Source of the DNA: Antedon mediterranea
Taxonomy: Eukaryota; Animalia; Echinodermata
DNA: 64,000 bases
Assembly: GCF_964355755.1 (NCBI RefSeq)
Contig: NC_092671.1
Location: 17,732,001-17,796,000, forward strand
Direction: 5' to 3'
In this document: positions 27,947-42,900 of the stretch, in pieces
Layout of the letters: each line of letters starts with the position of its first letter
Position numbering within the stretch: position 1 is the stretch's first letter
Notes under the pieces: generated by a model
Databases searched by the model: none
The model's input: the letters and a program-made list of their open reading frames with translations, nothing else
What the model was told of the DNA's origin: nothing
Position numbers and translations under genes: made by a program

Positions 27947-30900
27947 ACTATGCGTAGTATTACCATCCCCTTGTTGTTCTGGTTGTTTGCACTCTTTCAC
28001 GTTACTAAACATAATGTGTCTGATATTCCCAGGTATTTACAACCCCATAGTAACATCAAACTCTTGGGACATCCTTACAAAAAGTGCAAGTTCTCAAAAA
28101 GTAGAGTACAATATGATCACAATTCAATCTCCACTTATAATATTGACTTGACCGAATGTGGGGATGTCCACTCTAATCCTGGACCAGAATCAAACATGAA
28201 TCATAATAACAATACAAATCGAAATACACCTCCGATTCATTGTCATGTTTGTGAAAGAAAGATTGCAAAAAACCGACAACAGCTTAAATGCTTTAATTGT
28301 TCTAGGAATTTCCATGCTAGTTGTGTCTACATTAATCCTCATAGGTTTAGAACATTCTTCAAAAATAGGTCTTCTGACTGGTGCTGCCATCTTTGTGCAC
28401 TCCCAAAACTGAATGATTCATTCTTTAGTATCTCTTCGGATACAAATGAAAACGATGCATTGCTCAACTTGGATCCACTAGTATGTGGAATCAACAACGA
28501 TTCCAGCAGTAATTCGGACTCTATCATTGATCCTGCAGAGGTACTGAAAGGAAAAGGCATGCATTTTCTTCATGTTAATGCGCGGTCTCTACTACCCAAA
28601 ATATCTGAACTTAGAACACTTGTTGGTGGAACCAAAGTGGCAGTCATTGCTGTCACTGAAACACACCTTGACAGTTCCATTACCGATAATGAAATACACA
28701 TCCCAGACTTCCAACTATATCGTCGAGACCGTGCCAGAGCAGGTGGTGGAGTATGTCTGTACTTCAAGTCTACCCTGGCTATTACTATGCGGTCTGACTG
28801 TAACAATGCCAACATTGAGGCACTATGGTCTGAAGTACATCTCCCAAGAACAAGGCCTATTATCGTTGGAGTCTGTTATCGGCCACCAAAACAACGTCAT
28901 GGTGAATTTATTGATGGAATGGATGACATTATGGAACAACTACCGAGAAACTCAGAGATCTACATTTTCGGAGATACAAACATGTGTAGCTTGAAAAAGG
29001 ATAGCAACTATATCAAATTCCAACAGACTCTGCACATCAGTGGAATGTCTCAAATTATGAGCGAACCCACACGCATCTGTGATTCCTGCGAATCTTGTCT
29101 TGATCATATTATCACCAACTCTTCGGACAAATTAAACAAATTCGGAGTACTATCTATAGGCTTCAGTGATCACTTTCCTATATATGCCACTCGTCACACA
29201 CAGCAACAAAAACACCACACGCATAAAAAGGTGAAGATTAGATCAACTAAAAACTACAATAGAGAAAAGTTTATACGTCTTCTTCAAGAGACTGATTGGG
29301 ACAATGTTCACAAGGCAGAAACCGTTGATTGTTCGTGGCAAGCCTTTTGTGTAAATTTCACAAATGTTTTGGATAAAGTTGCTCCTGTAAAAGAAGTCAG
29401 AATTAGACACTCTTCTCAGCCGTGGATGACACCTGACATACTCAAAATTATTAAGGCCAGGGATATTTATCTTAAAAAATTCAAAAGAACTCGTAATTTA
29501 TTATATCGTACTGAATACTGTAAACTTAGAAATCAGGTACAAAGAAATATAAAAGAAGCAAAGCAGACTCATTTTATTGACAAGATCAATACAAATCGAC
29601 ATAACCCTAAAAAGTTATGGAAGGTTATAAAAGATCTTGGGTATCAAAATAAACAAAATGAAACTGCTTCGATTACTCTTAAAATAAATGACAAACTATG
29701 TAGTGAGCCAAACATTATTGCCAGTCACTTTAACTCGTTTTTTACAAACGTAGCATCAGATCTGGTAAGAAAGCTCCCGCAAAGGTCATACGAATTTGAT
29801 GTAAATTCTGAGAATTTTAAAAAATACTATGACGGTACTGACAAATTTTCCTTGCAACCTGTAAACAACGATATAGTTAAAAAGGAGATCTTGGGTCTCA
29901 GTATAAATAAAAGTACAGGTCTAGATGGCATACCCGCACGTTTTTTAAGGGATGCGTCAGAAATTATTGCAACTCCCATAACACGGATTATCAATTTCTC
30001 ATTTGAAACGGAATGTTTTCCAAATGAGATGAAATTGGCTCGTGTTCGACCAATTTACAAGAAAAAAAGTAATCTTGAAACTGCTAACTATAGGCCTGTC
30101 AGTATACTGTCTGTGGTGTCAAAAATTGTAGAAAAGATTGTTCACTCACAATTAAATGAGTTTTTGGAAAGGAACAAGCTTTTATATCGTTTTCAGTCTG
30201 GTTTCAGACAGTCCTTTTCAACAGATCACTGTTTAATTCACTTGACAGACTTCATCAAAACTCAAACAGCGAAAGGAAAATTTACTGGTATCTTACTTAT
30301 TGACATCCAAAAAGCTTTTGACTGCGTTAGTCATGACTTACTTTGTAAGAAACTCAGAAAAATTGGAATCGAATCTGTCAGCTGGTTTAAATCATATCTG
30401 GAATGTAGACATCAAACAGTCAATATTGGTGGGGCTGTTTCAGAGCCTTCAGAAATTGTATGTGGAGTGCCACAAGGGAGCATCCTGGGACCACTCCTGT
30501 TCCTCATCTACGTGAATGATATGCCTATGTCCGTCTCATCATTGTTAATGCAATATGCTGACGATAGTGCAATTGTCAATGCTCATCATGATCCTGATAT
30601 CATCAGTAAAAATCTTGCTAGGGATCTGTCTAATTGTAATAAATGGTTAATTGACAATAATTTATCACTTCACATGGGAAAAACTGAACTAATGTTGTTT
30701 GGTCCCAGGATGTCTCTCAAGAACTACACAAATTTTAGCGTCCTTTACAATGGCTATACAATTTCTTTGAATAGCTCTATAAAATACCTTGGTATCGAAC
30801 TAAGCAATAGGCTTAATAGTGAATTAATTGTCTCAACAATTATTAAGAAAGTTAATGGTCGTATTAAATTTGCGTATAGGAATTGTCGTAACTTTGATCG

Positions 30901-33900
30901 CTGTATTCGTAAACTCATAATGGAAGCCCTGGCTCTAAGCCATATAAATTATGCTATATCATCCTGGTACTGGGGTACAACCGCGGATTCCCGTACTAAA
31001 CTTCAAAGAACACAAAATAAAGTAATTAGATTCATCTTAGGGAAACATAGTAGATACCATATCACCAAAGACGATTATACTTTTCTTGGTTTATTAGATG
31101 TTAAAACCAGGGCCGAACAAATGACACTACAACACGTACAGACAATATATACAAAAAGTTGTCCAGACTTTATGTTAAATAATTTTAATAGGATAAATCA
31201 TAACCATGGTACTAGAGGTAAAGATTGTAATTTTATTGTTCCAATGAATAACTATACTGTTAGTAAGACCTTTTTTTTTAATGCAATCACACTGTGGAAC
31301 AAATTACCAATAGAAATAAAAAATATTTTTACACACAATAGTTTTAAAAGGACTCTTAAGAAATTTTTATTAACAAATATGCAAATTATATAGACCTAAA
31401 ATTATGATTGACTTTTCTTGTAAATAATAGTAGATATTTTTGTAATAATAATGATTATCAGAATTCAGCATAAATCTAACATGTAATTAAATTAATTTGT
31501 AATACTGTATAAAATAATAATAGATCCATATTTTTGTATAATTATTGTAATATTATTTTATTATGTTGGGGACCCCTTTGGAAACAAGCCTCTGGGCTTA
31601 AAGGGCCATCCCCTGCTTTCCATGCTTATTTTCTTGTCTAGTCTTGTATTTTTATATTTAATTGTTTCTCTTTTTATTTCATTTACATTATACTGTTTTA
31701 TTTATTTGTACTGTATTTGGAAAGCAATAAATATTACTTACTTACTAAGTATGACGAGTAAGATATACATAGTAAGAATATAAAATATGAAGTAAAAATA
31801 TGTAAGTAAAATAAAAAATTTAAAAATTAAATAAATAAGAAAAAAAGTAGTATAAGTTATTAAATAAATGAATCATAAGTGTTTAAACTTTAACATTTGC
31901 ATAAGTAATAATAAGTTACATAGTATTTAAGTACTAATTAATTATTTATTATATTCAGAGACTAAAAGCTTTTTGTAGTTGTATTTAAAACTAGAGACTG
32001 TACATTTTCTTTCTAACTCTTGTGAGATAACACTCCAGAGCTAAGGTCCAACATAAAAAACAGAGTGACGACGGGGCTTATATAACGACTTATCAGGAAT
32101 AAAATTTAGATGTTTAAGTTTGTTAATTATACCTATGTTTCTAGCGATCAAGCTACTGGTTGTATTAATATGTTGCTTCCATGTCAGATTTTAGTCAATA
32201 GTGACACCAAGGAACTTGATTTCATGAACATGGTTAATTTGCATTTTATCAATGTATATATTTTTACATGTTTTTGTTTTGGCTTTAGGTTTGGAAAAAA
32301 TAATGTAATTGGTTTTGGATATGTTAAGAATTACATATCAGTCACAAGTGTTGTAACTGATAAATTCAACATATTATTAAGATTTTCATAAAAAGTACTG
32401 TAATAGTTTTTTTACATAACATCTAATTGATTCTTGTCAATGCCATTGTTCTTATCTTTTTGTGAAGAGAGATTGCATTGTGTGCGTTGCCACTTCCATA
32501 CGCAGAACAGACGGTGCTGCTATTGGATTTCACCCAGATTTTTGTTTCCAAATGCGAAAAGATTTAATTTGCACCCAAACAAATGAAAAAAGTACTATTT
32601 CACGATTAAATAATATGTACTATTGCATGCGATGTGACCCACAATCGTTCAATCAAATGACAGGAATTTGTTTAGGTGTATAATATTTATTTTAAATGAA
32701 ATAATCAACTGATTATCAAGTTTATTTTGTTGTTTTCTAACCAATAAAGGATGATGGTTTTATGGATGAATTAGCTAAAGAAAATGCTGTAAAAAATGCA
32801 ATGATACCTGCTCCAGGAAATGATTATGAAGAGCAGAGCTCTCCTGTTATGTCAAGGGATCAACAAAAGGTAACATTTATCTATTTATTTAATTACTAAA
32901 CAAACTTATTTATCAATCTTTTATATACAAATACCTAAATGAATTATATTTTCTCTCATATAAATGAAATACTGCATTTACAATAAATAGGGGGTTTTGA
33001 TTTGCGATGACCAAACTATGTCATTATGTGCATTCAAAAATATTGGATGTGTCTCCTCACCTTGACACAGGTTTCTAGGCCCAGACTACGACCTACGACA
33101 CATTGATTGCCATTGCAAATTGAAGGCTCCCTTAAAATTACTGTATACATTTATTGGGTATTGGGAGTATTTTATCAGTTAAACGAACGTACAAACAAAT
33201 GTATATATTACTGTAGAATAATTTCAACTTCAATTGAGGCTAGTTACACTAGGTTGCATAATAAACAAGGTCATGTATAATAGGTAGGCTGATGATTAGG
33301 AGAGTGTAAATTGGTGTTTGATTTCATTAGCACTGTGTAGACATGTGTTTAGTCCAATCAAGGGATAGTTGTTTTAGAACTACTGTTGTGACCTTTGATG
33401 TTGTCCAAAGGTCAATTTCAGATGCCATATAACTGCTTATAGAATATTAATTTTAATATTGTCATTATTGAAAAAAACCAAAATATAACACAGTACTACA
33501 TTATACTCCAACCCCAGTAGCCATATTTAAAGGTGTGTAATTGTTTCCATTATGCTTATTATATAGCCTATATATAACCACACGCCCAAGGGTCCTGCGA
33601 AACTACACAATATTAAATAACTAGAAACAACATTATTTTTTTGTAGTTCTACCAATGAACAATCCGTAAAATATAGTACTTTTTCACATAATTGACCTTG
33701 CATTCATAGTAGTGGCATTTTCCCATTGCTTTCAAATTAAGAGACAGATGAACAGCTGAATGTGACATCATCTACAGACAGTATTGTATTGATAGACAGC
33801 ATTCAGATACAGATGATAAAGACATTGCAACTGTTAGGCCTTCTCTAATTAGTAATATGTAGTATAACTACTATGTAGTATACTATCTTTCAAATCAAAT

Positions 33901-36900
33901 TGTTCATTTATGCTGTTTTTATATTCAAATTGATAGAGATTTTTAAATTAAATTCAGTTTTTTAAAGATGTATTATTCCCCAAAAACATAAAAAATGAAG
34001 ATTAATAAAACCAGGCTTTGAATAGGCCATTTTGCAGTTTGAATAAATTTATTCAACAAAAATAGTTATTTCATTTATACGGTAATAAAAATAAAAATAA
34101 CAGTTAAATTTAATATCAAACCCATTGTCTGACTGACTGAATATTTTTTGCTTTAAATTACTAATTTTTCAGGTAAATATTTTTTTGGGATTCGAATGGT
34201 CAAATCAAAGTGAATAACTTAATTAACAATAGCATAATTAAAAAATGATTAATTATTTTACAGGTGGACAATATACCTTTAATTTTTTTTTTCTGTAAGA
34301 AATTTAATTTCAGACAAATGTAAATATATTGTATAATAGTTACGACATGTACATATGGAATTCCAACTTTAAGTGTGTCAAACCTCACCTGTTATAGATA
34401 ATTTACTTTGAAAACTCCAAATCATTTGCCATCCTATACTGTGCTTTAAAGATTTTCTATGATACTGGTTCTCTGTATACAATAAACCTTAAATTAGTTT
34501 CACCTATTATTAGTTAATAACTACTGTAAATAATTTTAATAAATGATTATGTCAAAGAGCATCCTTTGAAACTTAAGGTAGCAGTCAGTCATACTCTATA
34601 GAATGTACATACTTCATATTGTATGACAATTACCAAGACCATAGCGAGAGGTTAAAAACAGACAAGGCACAGACACTTTAGATATAATTATTAATATAAA
34701 ATACGACGATCTGTGCTGGGGAATTGGGATGGGTGATGAAAATTTCAGCAAGGCGAGCACCTCGTCTGCGTCATGATGGCTACAGCCCTGTTAACAGTTT
34801 TTGTTTAATAATATTATATTTACCATTTTTATATATTTTCACAGTTTTTCATTAAATGAAATATTTTATTTTTATATATTTTTTTGTAATTGTAATTTTC
34901 TTTGCGAGGATGCATCAACTTTAAACAAGTTTAAAGTTTAGATAATTTACAATAATTGGCATTTAAGTGTTTGGATGAGTTGAACTATTAGGCCTACACA
35001 AAAGACGAGAAATCATAAAAACTATTGTTTTCAACAAACGACTGAATTTGTTTTGTCTGTGGAATGTATACCTAGGCTATTTATAATGAGATTCCTTGAA
35101 ATTATACCAACCCTCTCCAGACCCCCTACAAGCTAGCAACTATGCTACATTCTTACAGAAAAACACAATTTTAAGAACTCTCACGCGGAGATCAACACCC
35201 AATTGAAAACAAATTAAAATACAGACTGGACGTTTACAAATGAATTAAGACAAACAGAAATTAGGAACATCCAATTGCCGATAATAATAATACCGTATAA
35301 GAACATAGTTTGACAAAACTTATTGTTAGAATAGAAATATATATACGGTATGCATACCGTACTATTTCAAAGTCAAGGAATTTAATAGTGTTGTAGATGT
35401 GTTCTAGATAATAATCTTTTCATGGTTCTACAACAATCAATTACGAAGGACATTTAATGAATGAATGTATTGTTGATTCGGAATGTGTCCTTTTTTTAAG
35501 CTGACTTGCTGAAAACAAATAGATCTACAGTATATTCACTATTCTTTTGTTTTTGTGTGCTTGCCCTTAATTTCGACAATTATAATGAAAAAGATAGGAC
35601 ATTACGTTAAGTTCAGCACTTTATTTCACCGTGTTAGGCCCTAAGCCCTCCTATTTCAAAATCCTGAATTTTCCACTGATGTACTACTACTAGGTTCATC
35701 TTTGCATTTAATCTGTTTATGTCCCGTAACCCTCATCGTCAGTTGATATACTATATTAAAGGTAGCTTCATTTGTGAGTATTTTATAAGTAATTAACAAT
35801 CTGATTCATTATTTCTGTTTTTCACAAACAACTTTATAGTAAAAAATCTATAAAATTTGCCTAGAAATAAACATTTTAATTGGAAAAACCCCAACATTTC
35901 AGAATTTGTTTCCGTTTATTTATTTTCTACATTATTACATCATTTCATATATCATTAATTTTAATAAATGACAATACTGTATTAGTAAATTATTAATATG
36001 CGTTATGTTATATGACATTCCTTGCCCTTGGAAAATGTACTTTTAAGGGACTTCCCCTAAGGTATTTTAAACATGTGTAGAGAGGATAAATACCTTTTTT
36101 TGGTACAGTAACATTTGATTAATAATAAAAGGTCAATAAACTACAGATATTGTTGTGAATGCTGAACTATCTGTCATTTAGGATTAAACTTTTTCATTTG
36201 TTAGTTTTAAATACTAATATTTTATATCCACAGCAGGTTTTTTAGGAACTTGTCTTGAATTTAGTATACATTTGTAAACTCTTAAGTTTTTATTCATTTA
36301 ATGAAGAAAGAACAATTTAAAACTCGTCAAAAAGTCGAGCAAGATAGAGTAAGAGATATTTCTTGTTTTTACACTGTATTATAAATTTACTATACTTTTT
36401 AATAAATCAAATTCTATAGCAGTACATTATATCAGTAGGCTGCCAAAACCCCAAAACTGGATACCTATGGACTGGCCAAATTGTCTGATTAAGCCAGAAT
36501 GGGTTTTCTGCTTGATTATTCTAAATATAGAATTAGATTCTATTTTTGGATTTTATTCATAGAGCACCTACTGTCAATCAAAACTGAACAATTTATTTAA
36601 TAAATGTCAATAAGTGGCCACTTTGACGTCATCTGTTTTTGTACCCATGTAGACAGATGCACAAATACTGTAAAACCACAATGTTATTTCTTTAATGATT
36701 CATAAAACCACAAGAATGTTTCAAAATTCTGCACACATTTCTAATGCTGTAATAAATACAAATTACCAGTAGTTTGTGATTGAATAATTTTTTTTTTCTT
36801 AAATTATATTCTTCTGATTTTTTCAAATCTGTTACAGATTTTTTATTTTCTTTATTAGCCCTAAATAAATTTGGTCAATAATATCACAAAAAAAACTGTT

Positions 36901-39900
36901 ATTTCTATTAAATAAAAACATAAAAGTAAACAGTCTATGATTGTTTATTGGTATATAGATTATCTTTTTAATATTTTATTAAACTTAAATAAAAAGTTAT
37001 AAACTGTACGCTAATTTACCAAGGTATTTTAAAATTTTTAAATACATTTTTTATTTTTTTTTATTTGAATAGGCTTGTGTTAATTTGATATATTTAAATA
37101 ACATGTGTGAATGTCTTTAAAATCAAAAATCCATTTCAGGTCTATTTTAAAAAGAATACGTTTCAATTGTGAAGTGCTTTAGTCATTTTGATATACAGAC
37201 TTCCAACTGTTAGGCCACCATTACTTATCGGTATTATGACCAATAGCAATATTTACGTCATTGCGCCCAGTCAGTCGGAATACAGAACGTGGAATGCATA
37301 TGGTGAATTGGAGTACTATGCTACATCTAGTCATACTATCAATTTCAGACACAGCCTCCTACTGCCTAATTCTGATCTGTGTATGATATTAAAAGAATAA
37401 TATGTGGCACATGCAAGTGAAAATCAGACATAAGTCGGAATTTTTAAAATTGAGATTTTCACAAATACTGAAACTGCGTAATCCAAGATTTAAAATGCTG
37501 ACAAAATATCTTGATACCATGTCTACAGAGATATCACAGTGGCTTATGCATTCATTTCTGGCTTGAGGCTTCTGAAAATTCATTGTATATTAGTACAGTA
37601 GTACCAGTAGGATTGCATTGCATATATTCATTGTTATATTTTAGATATTTGTTATTTAGATGTCAGGCTATTCATTTTGAATAGCTACAAACTGCTGAAA
37701 AATCTGTATTTTGTTAAAGAAATTAATTTAGTCTATTCACACCTAGCTTACCTGGACAAATCCAACAATAGCCTATCTCTCCGGAGAGGATGAATACATT
37801 ACGAAAACAAGAACTTTATAACATATAATATAACGCCTCCCTCTCCCTAGTAATACTGTACAATGTTTGTACAGTATTATGATACTGTAGGTCATTTTTT
37901 TCAATACAAATAAATAATTTTGTACAAGTCTATTATTGATATTATGTCAGGGGTTTAAATTGGAGGTTATTTTTTAGATTATAAAAGGCTTGTACATACC
38001 GTGCAAAATTGCAATTGATTAATTTTATTTTATATTCCATAGCTTTGCATCATGTTGAGAATGATATCACCAGTACTAAATGAATGACAAGATAGCAGTA
38101 GATATGCACAGTGCTCATCAATGAATGTAGTAATAGGCCCTAGTAAGCCTTGTTGTCGCTTAGTTTGTTGTGTGCATTTCTGGCATCAATATCCGTACTA
38201 ATGAATGATTTTTTAGTTATCATGACTTTAGTAATAGACGCAGTAAGCCTTGTTGTGTTAGTTTTTGGTTATCAGTACTATAAATGAATAATGGAGACTT
38301 TGTACTAATATAAATGTATTGTAGTAACATAGCTCCCCGCATAGCTCATACTATTTTCAATTGTGTGTGTGTGCATGTTGTTTACTAATACTACAAAGTC
38401 TATCTTTCAGAGTTTCAGCAAAATTTAAATAGCTTTTTCACATAGACACCGGGGCCCTTAAATACCTACAATTTAAAAAAAAGGATAATTTTGAATACCC
38501 AACAAAGCCCTTGAACTTGTCAACACAGTTAATCATATTGCTGTCTGGATAGATGATGAAAGCTATCCCTTACTTCTTAATAATTTGTAATTTGTTTTGC
38601 TTGCATCATATTTTCATTGCATTAAACATTCTCAAGCCTTTTACTCCAAACATCCAACATCCCTCATCCTAACCTCCACCTCATCTCATCCCTCCCCCAA
38701 TATCCACCTCATCTCACCCCATCCTTCAACCTCCACCTCGTTTCACCCCATCCCTCAACCTCCACCTCACCTCACCCCCTTCTCCAACCTCCACCTCATC
38801 TCACCCCCTCCCCCAACCTCTGCCTCATTTCACCCCCACCCTAACCGTCACCTCATCTCACCCCTCCCCCAACCTCGACCTTGTCTTACACCATCCCCAA
38901 CCTCCACCTCATCTTACCCCCTCCCTAGCCTCCACCTTGTCTCACACCATACCCCAACCTCCACCTTGTCTCATCCCTTTCCCCAACCTCCACCTTGTCT
39001 CATCTCTTTCCCTAACCTTTACCTCATCTTACCCACTCCTCCACCATCCATCTCATCTCACCTCCTACCCTAACCCCACCTCATCTCACCCCTCCCCAAT
39101 CTCCACCTTGTCTCATCCCCTTCCCCAACTGCCACCTCATCTTGCTCACTCCCCCAACCTCCACCTCATTTCACCTCTTCCCCACCCTCCATCTCATCCC
39201 TTCCCCAACCTCCACTTCATCCCATCGATTCCCCCAACATCCACCTCATCTCATCTCTTCCCCCAATATCCACCTTGTCTCATCCCCTTCCTCATCTTAC
39301 CCACTCCCTTAACCTCAGTTATTTCTGGGCAAAATTTAGCTGCAACACAAAATAACGGTTATTTATTTGATTGGCAGCTGCTGACCTTGAGTCAGCTAAA
39401 CTGCAGTAACGTTTGAATTGACCGTAATTGCATTTTGGGTAATTCTAACGACCACCCACTGATTTAAACTGTTAATTTTGAGCGAAAATTTATCAGAAAT
39501 GCAGTCAATATAAAAATTACATTTTAAATCTATTTTAAAATAAATCCTTCCCCGTTTTCCATGTCGTCGTCATTGCTCATACTAAATATAAAGAACTTTT
39601 ACCTTTTCATGTACTAGCATGCTACTGCTACATAAATTACAGTCTACCAGTGGTATGCAATTTATCACATGCAATACACTCTACTAGAATATTAATGTTC
39701 ACGGCTTAAACTATTTAGAAAACATTAAATGTTACAACACTGTGATATAACATTTAAGTAGGCAATTTGATTTTTGTTATGCTGGAGTTTCCGTTGAATT
39801 CTTAAGAAAATTGGTTTAAACCAAGCGTAACCCCAAAAATGTTTTTATTTTTACGATTGACTTCATAACATCTCTTGTACCAAAGGGGAATAAACTACCA

Positions 39901-42900
39901 TCTCGGTCATTGCCATTTCCAGTTTTAAATAACTTGATAATTGATTAGTTTTAAATTACCTCAAATAAATCATTGAGTGACTAGATTCTGTAATACTTCA
40001 TGACAATTTGTTTTTACATCACAACATATTTCTTTTCAAATGTAACTTAATACTATACAGACTTCAAAGAAATGTTAAAAAAAAATATACAAGCAGCAAA
40101 ATTAACATAAGGAAAGTACTATTAAATACAAAAACTTAATTCAAATTTATGAATTTTAGTGTAATGCACCGTTCTCAAAAACTTGATGCCCTAAAGGTTT
40201 CAGAGCAATGGATTAGATACCAATTTTTAATAAACATATATGATTTATATATGTTAAAATACTTTATATTATAAAGTATTTTTTAACAATATCAATGGAT
40301 AAATTATCAATTCAGGAAAGTATTATAAACATTTTATTAAAAGTAAATACTATTTATAAATAACCCTGTGATTTTTCTATAATGCACCGTTCCAAAAAAC
40401 TTTGTGCTCTAAAGGTTTATTTTATTTTATTTTATTTATGAAGGATTAAAATGACATCTAATCATATATAATGAAAAATTTATAAAGGATTGAACACAAA
40501 AGGTATTCATGGCCACAACAAAACAATAAAAGGGAAATATGATTGATTTACACAGCAAAGTATTGAATATTTTAGTAAAGAGTACAAATACACCTTTCTA
40601 TAAAATGACCACTGTGAGTGTGATTATCCTACTCCATTCACCTTGAATACATTTCTCAATAAGAACTTCACATGACTAATATCATTCTTTTGTTTGATTG
40701 TATAACATGGCATTTAGTCTCACAAGTTTGTAGATTCTATTGTTAGTTTATTTCAATGTGTTTTACAAAACCATTCTAAACATGACCTGTGTAATGTACT
40801 GCTGCGTGGATGAATATGTTTTGATAATAAAATAATTATTGTGTTTGTATAATTGGTGGTACTGTATTTAGATTTTTATTTCTCTAACGAGAAAATTAAT
40901 CGATGGTTATATTTTTATTTTATAGCATCTCTATTCCTAATATTTTTCATAAATGTTATGCCAAATAAATGGAATAAATAATTAATACCCTTAAATTTAC
41001 ATTTGAAAATTAGAATTGTAAATATTGTACAAGGAATTTATAGTGTACAGTGTGTATATGGATACTGTACAGTATGTGTGGTCTTTACATTAGTATAGAA
41101 GATTATTATAAATTGCATGTTGGTATTATGTGAAGTTATGTGAAGTTTTAATGTAACCACATTCTTTCTTTTCTAGGTACATGATGTTAAATTATAAAAG
41201 TGTTTTTGCTTAATACACTATAAATTTATTGTTATTATCTCAACATGACAGTGTAAAGAGGTGATTAAACCATAAATAGGCAGATATGACTTTACTCAAA
41301 TATTGTTTAATGACATTACAAACATTAATATATATACTTGTGATTTATTTAGGATGATGAAGATGAAGATTCAGTTTTATCAAGGGTTGAGAAGCGCAGA
41401 GCAGCAAGACAACGAAGGTACATTTGAAACAAATATTAAACGTATATAAACTCTCCCAATACCAATATCCAGACACCTTTAGGCTGGCCAAATATGTCTG
41501 GTTTTCTGGAAAATCTAGTATTCGGAATATATTTTTAATTGTAAAAATGAATTTAGGACTGTTTGAAGAAAAGTCTGGTATTGGGATAGTTTCCGGTTTT
41601 CAGAGTGTCCGGTATTGGGAGAGTTGACTGTATACCATAAAACCTTGAAAAGAAGCCCATGGGCTTCTTTTTTTAGGACTCTTGAGTGGGCTTCTTTTCG
41701 AAATGGTCTTCTTTTCGGGATGGGCTTCTTTTCAAGATTGGCTCCTTGTTGACATTACTTTTTTTAAACCACAAAGAAAAGAAGCCCACTGGATGTTATG
41801 GTATTTACATCTTTAAATTAACATTGACAATGACTATATGAAAGCCATGTCTTTTAAAAAATCTTGTTAACAAAAAATTATGTTTTTAATTAAAACCCAA
41901 ATTGATCCATAGCATAGCATTGAACTAAGCGTTTTCCCATTAAGTTACTGATTATGACACTCTCAAAATACTACTGTTTAATAGTTTGGTATATTACCCA
42001 GTGTCACATATCCTATCATAGCATATGGCAGTGTGCTAATGATCATTCGTCAGTATTATGCTTGCATTTGATACCTCGTTTACTGGAGGTGAACTTTATC
42101 AGTCTGTCTGTGATCAGTCTTGTACAGTAGAGTCTAACTTTTTTAATTGGGCTGTGGATGCGGTTTTTGTTTCCATAGAACTTATTTCGAGTTAGAAATT
42201 TTATTAACTTCTTTCTTGATAATTTGGTTTTTAAGGACTTTATAAAGAAAGGTTATTTTATGTTGACAGTTGTCATGTACTCCTTAAAACATAGGGAACT
42301 AACTTTACCAATTATTTTAAATATTTAAAAATTGTAATAGGCTAGGCCATCACTTCTAGACACTTGGAGGGGGTTTATGGGTTTCAACAAACACCCTTTA
42401 ATTCACTTTAATTGCCTCACTTGCTATTTGCAGAGCATCCCAAAGGACCACATGTTTATGTCTTTGCTACAAATATACTACAGTATTATAAACTTATATC
42501 TTAATTCAATGGTTCTCAAGTTTTAAACTCAACACTTTCAAATGTGTGAGGAACCAATTATACATGATTGATTATGAAACTTACTAATGACGAAAAGATC
42601 TCACAGCATGCAAAGTTCACAAGTGACATTTTAAGTGAGGATTGAAGTACTGTACACGTCATCATACGCAAACAGATATGGGATGTACAGCTGTGAATGT
42701 ACAGTAGCGCATTAGCAAGTTGAAATTACATCTGCTTAGTAAATTAAAGGTTATGTTTAGAGTGTTCAACTGTACAGGTCAAAGGTCATTTTTGTAGGTT
42801 TTAGCCTGGGGAAGTTTATAACCAGATAAAAAAAATTATGCTGATATTAAGTAGAGAGAAAAGCTGCACGTTCTTTATTATATTATCTTTATTACATATT

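Noticed and set aside
28190-30515. Short alternative-frame and antisense ORFs inside the LINE
   Set aside because: Shadow ORFs of the long coding frame.
38597-39416. Two Pro/His/Ser-rich ORFs (158 and 159 aa)
   Set aside because: Products of a stop-poor C-rich minisatellite; no supported splice sites.
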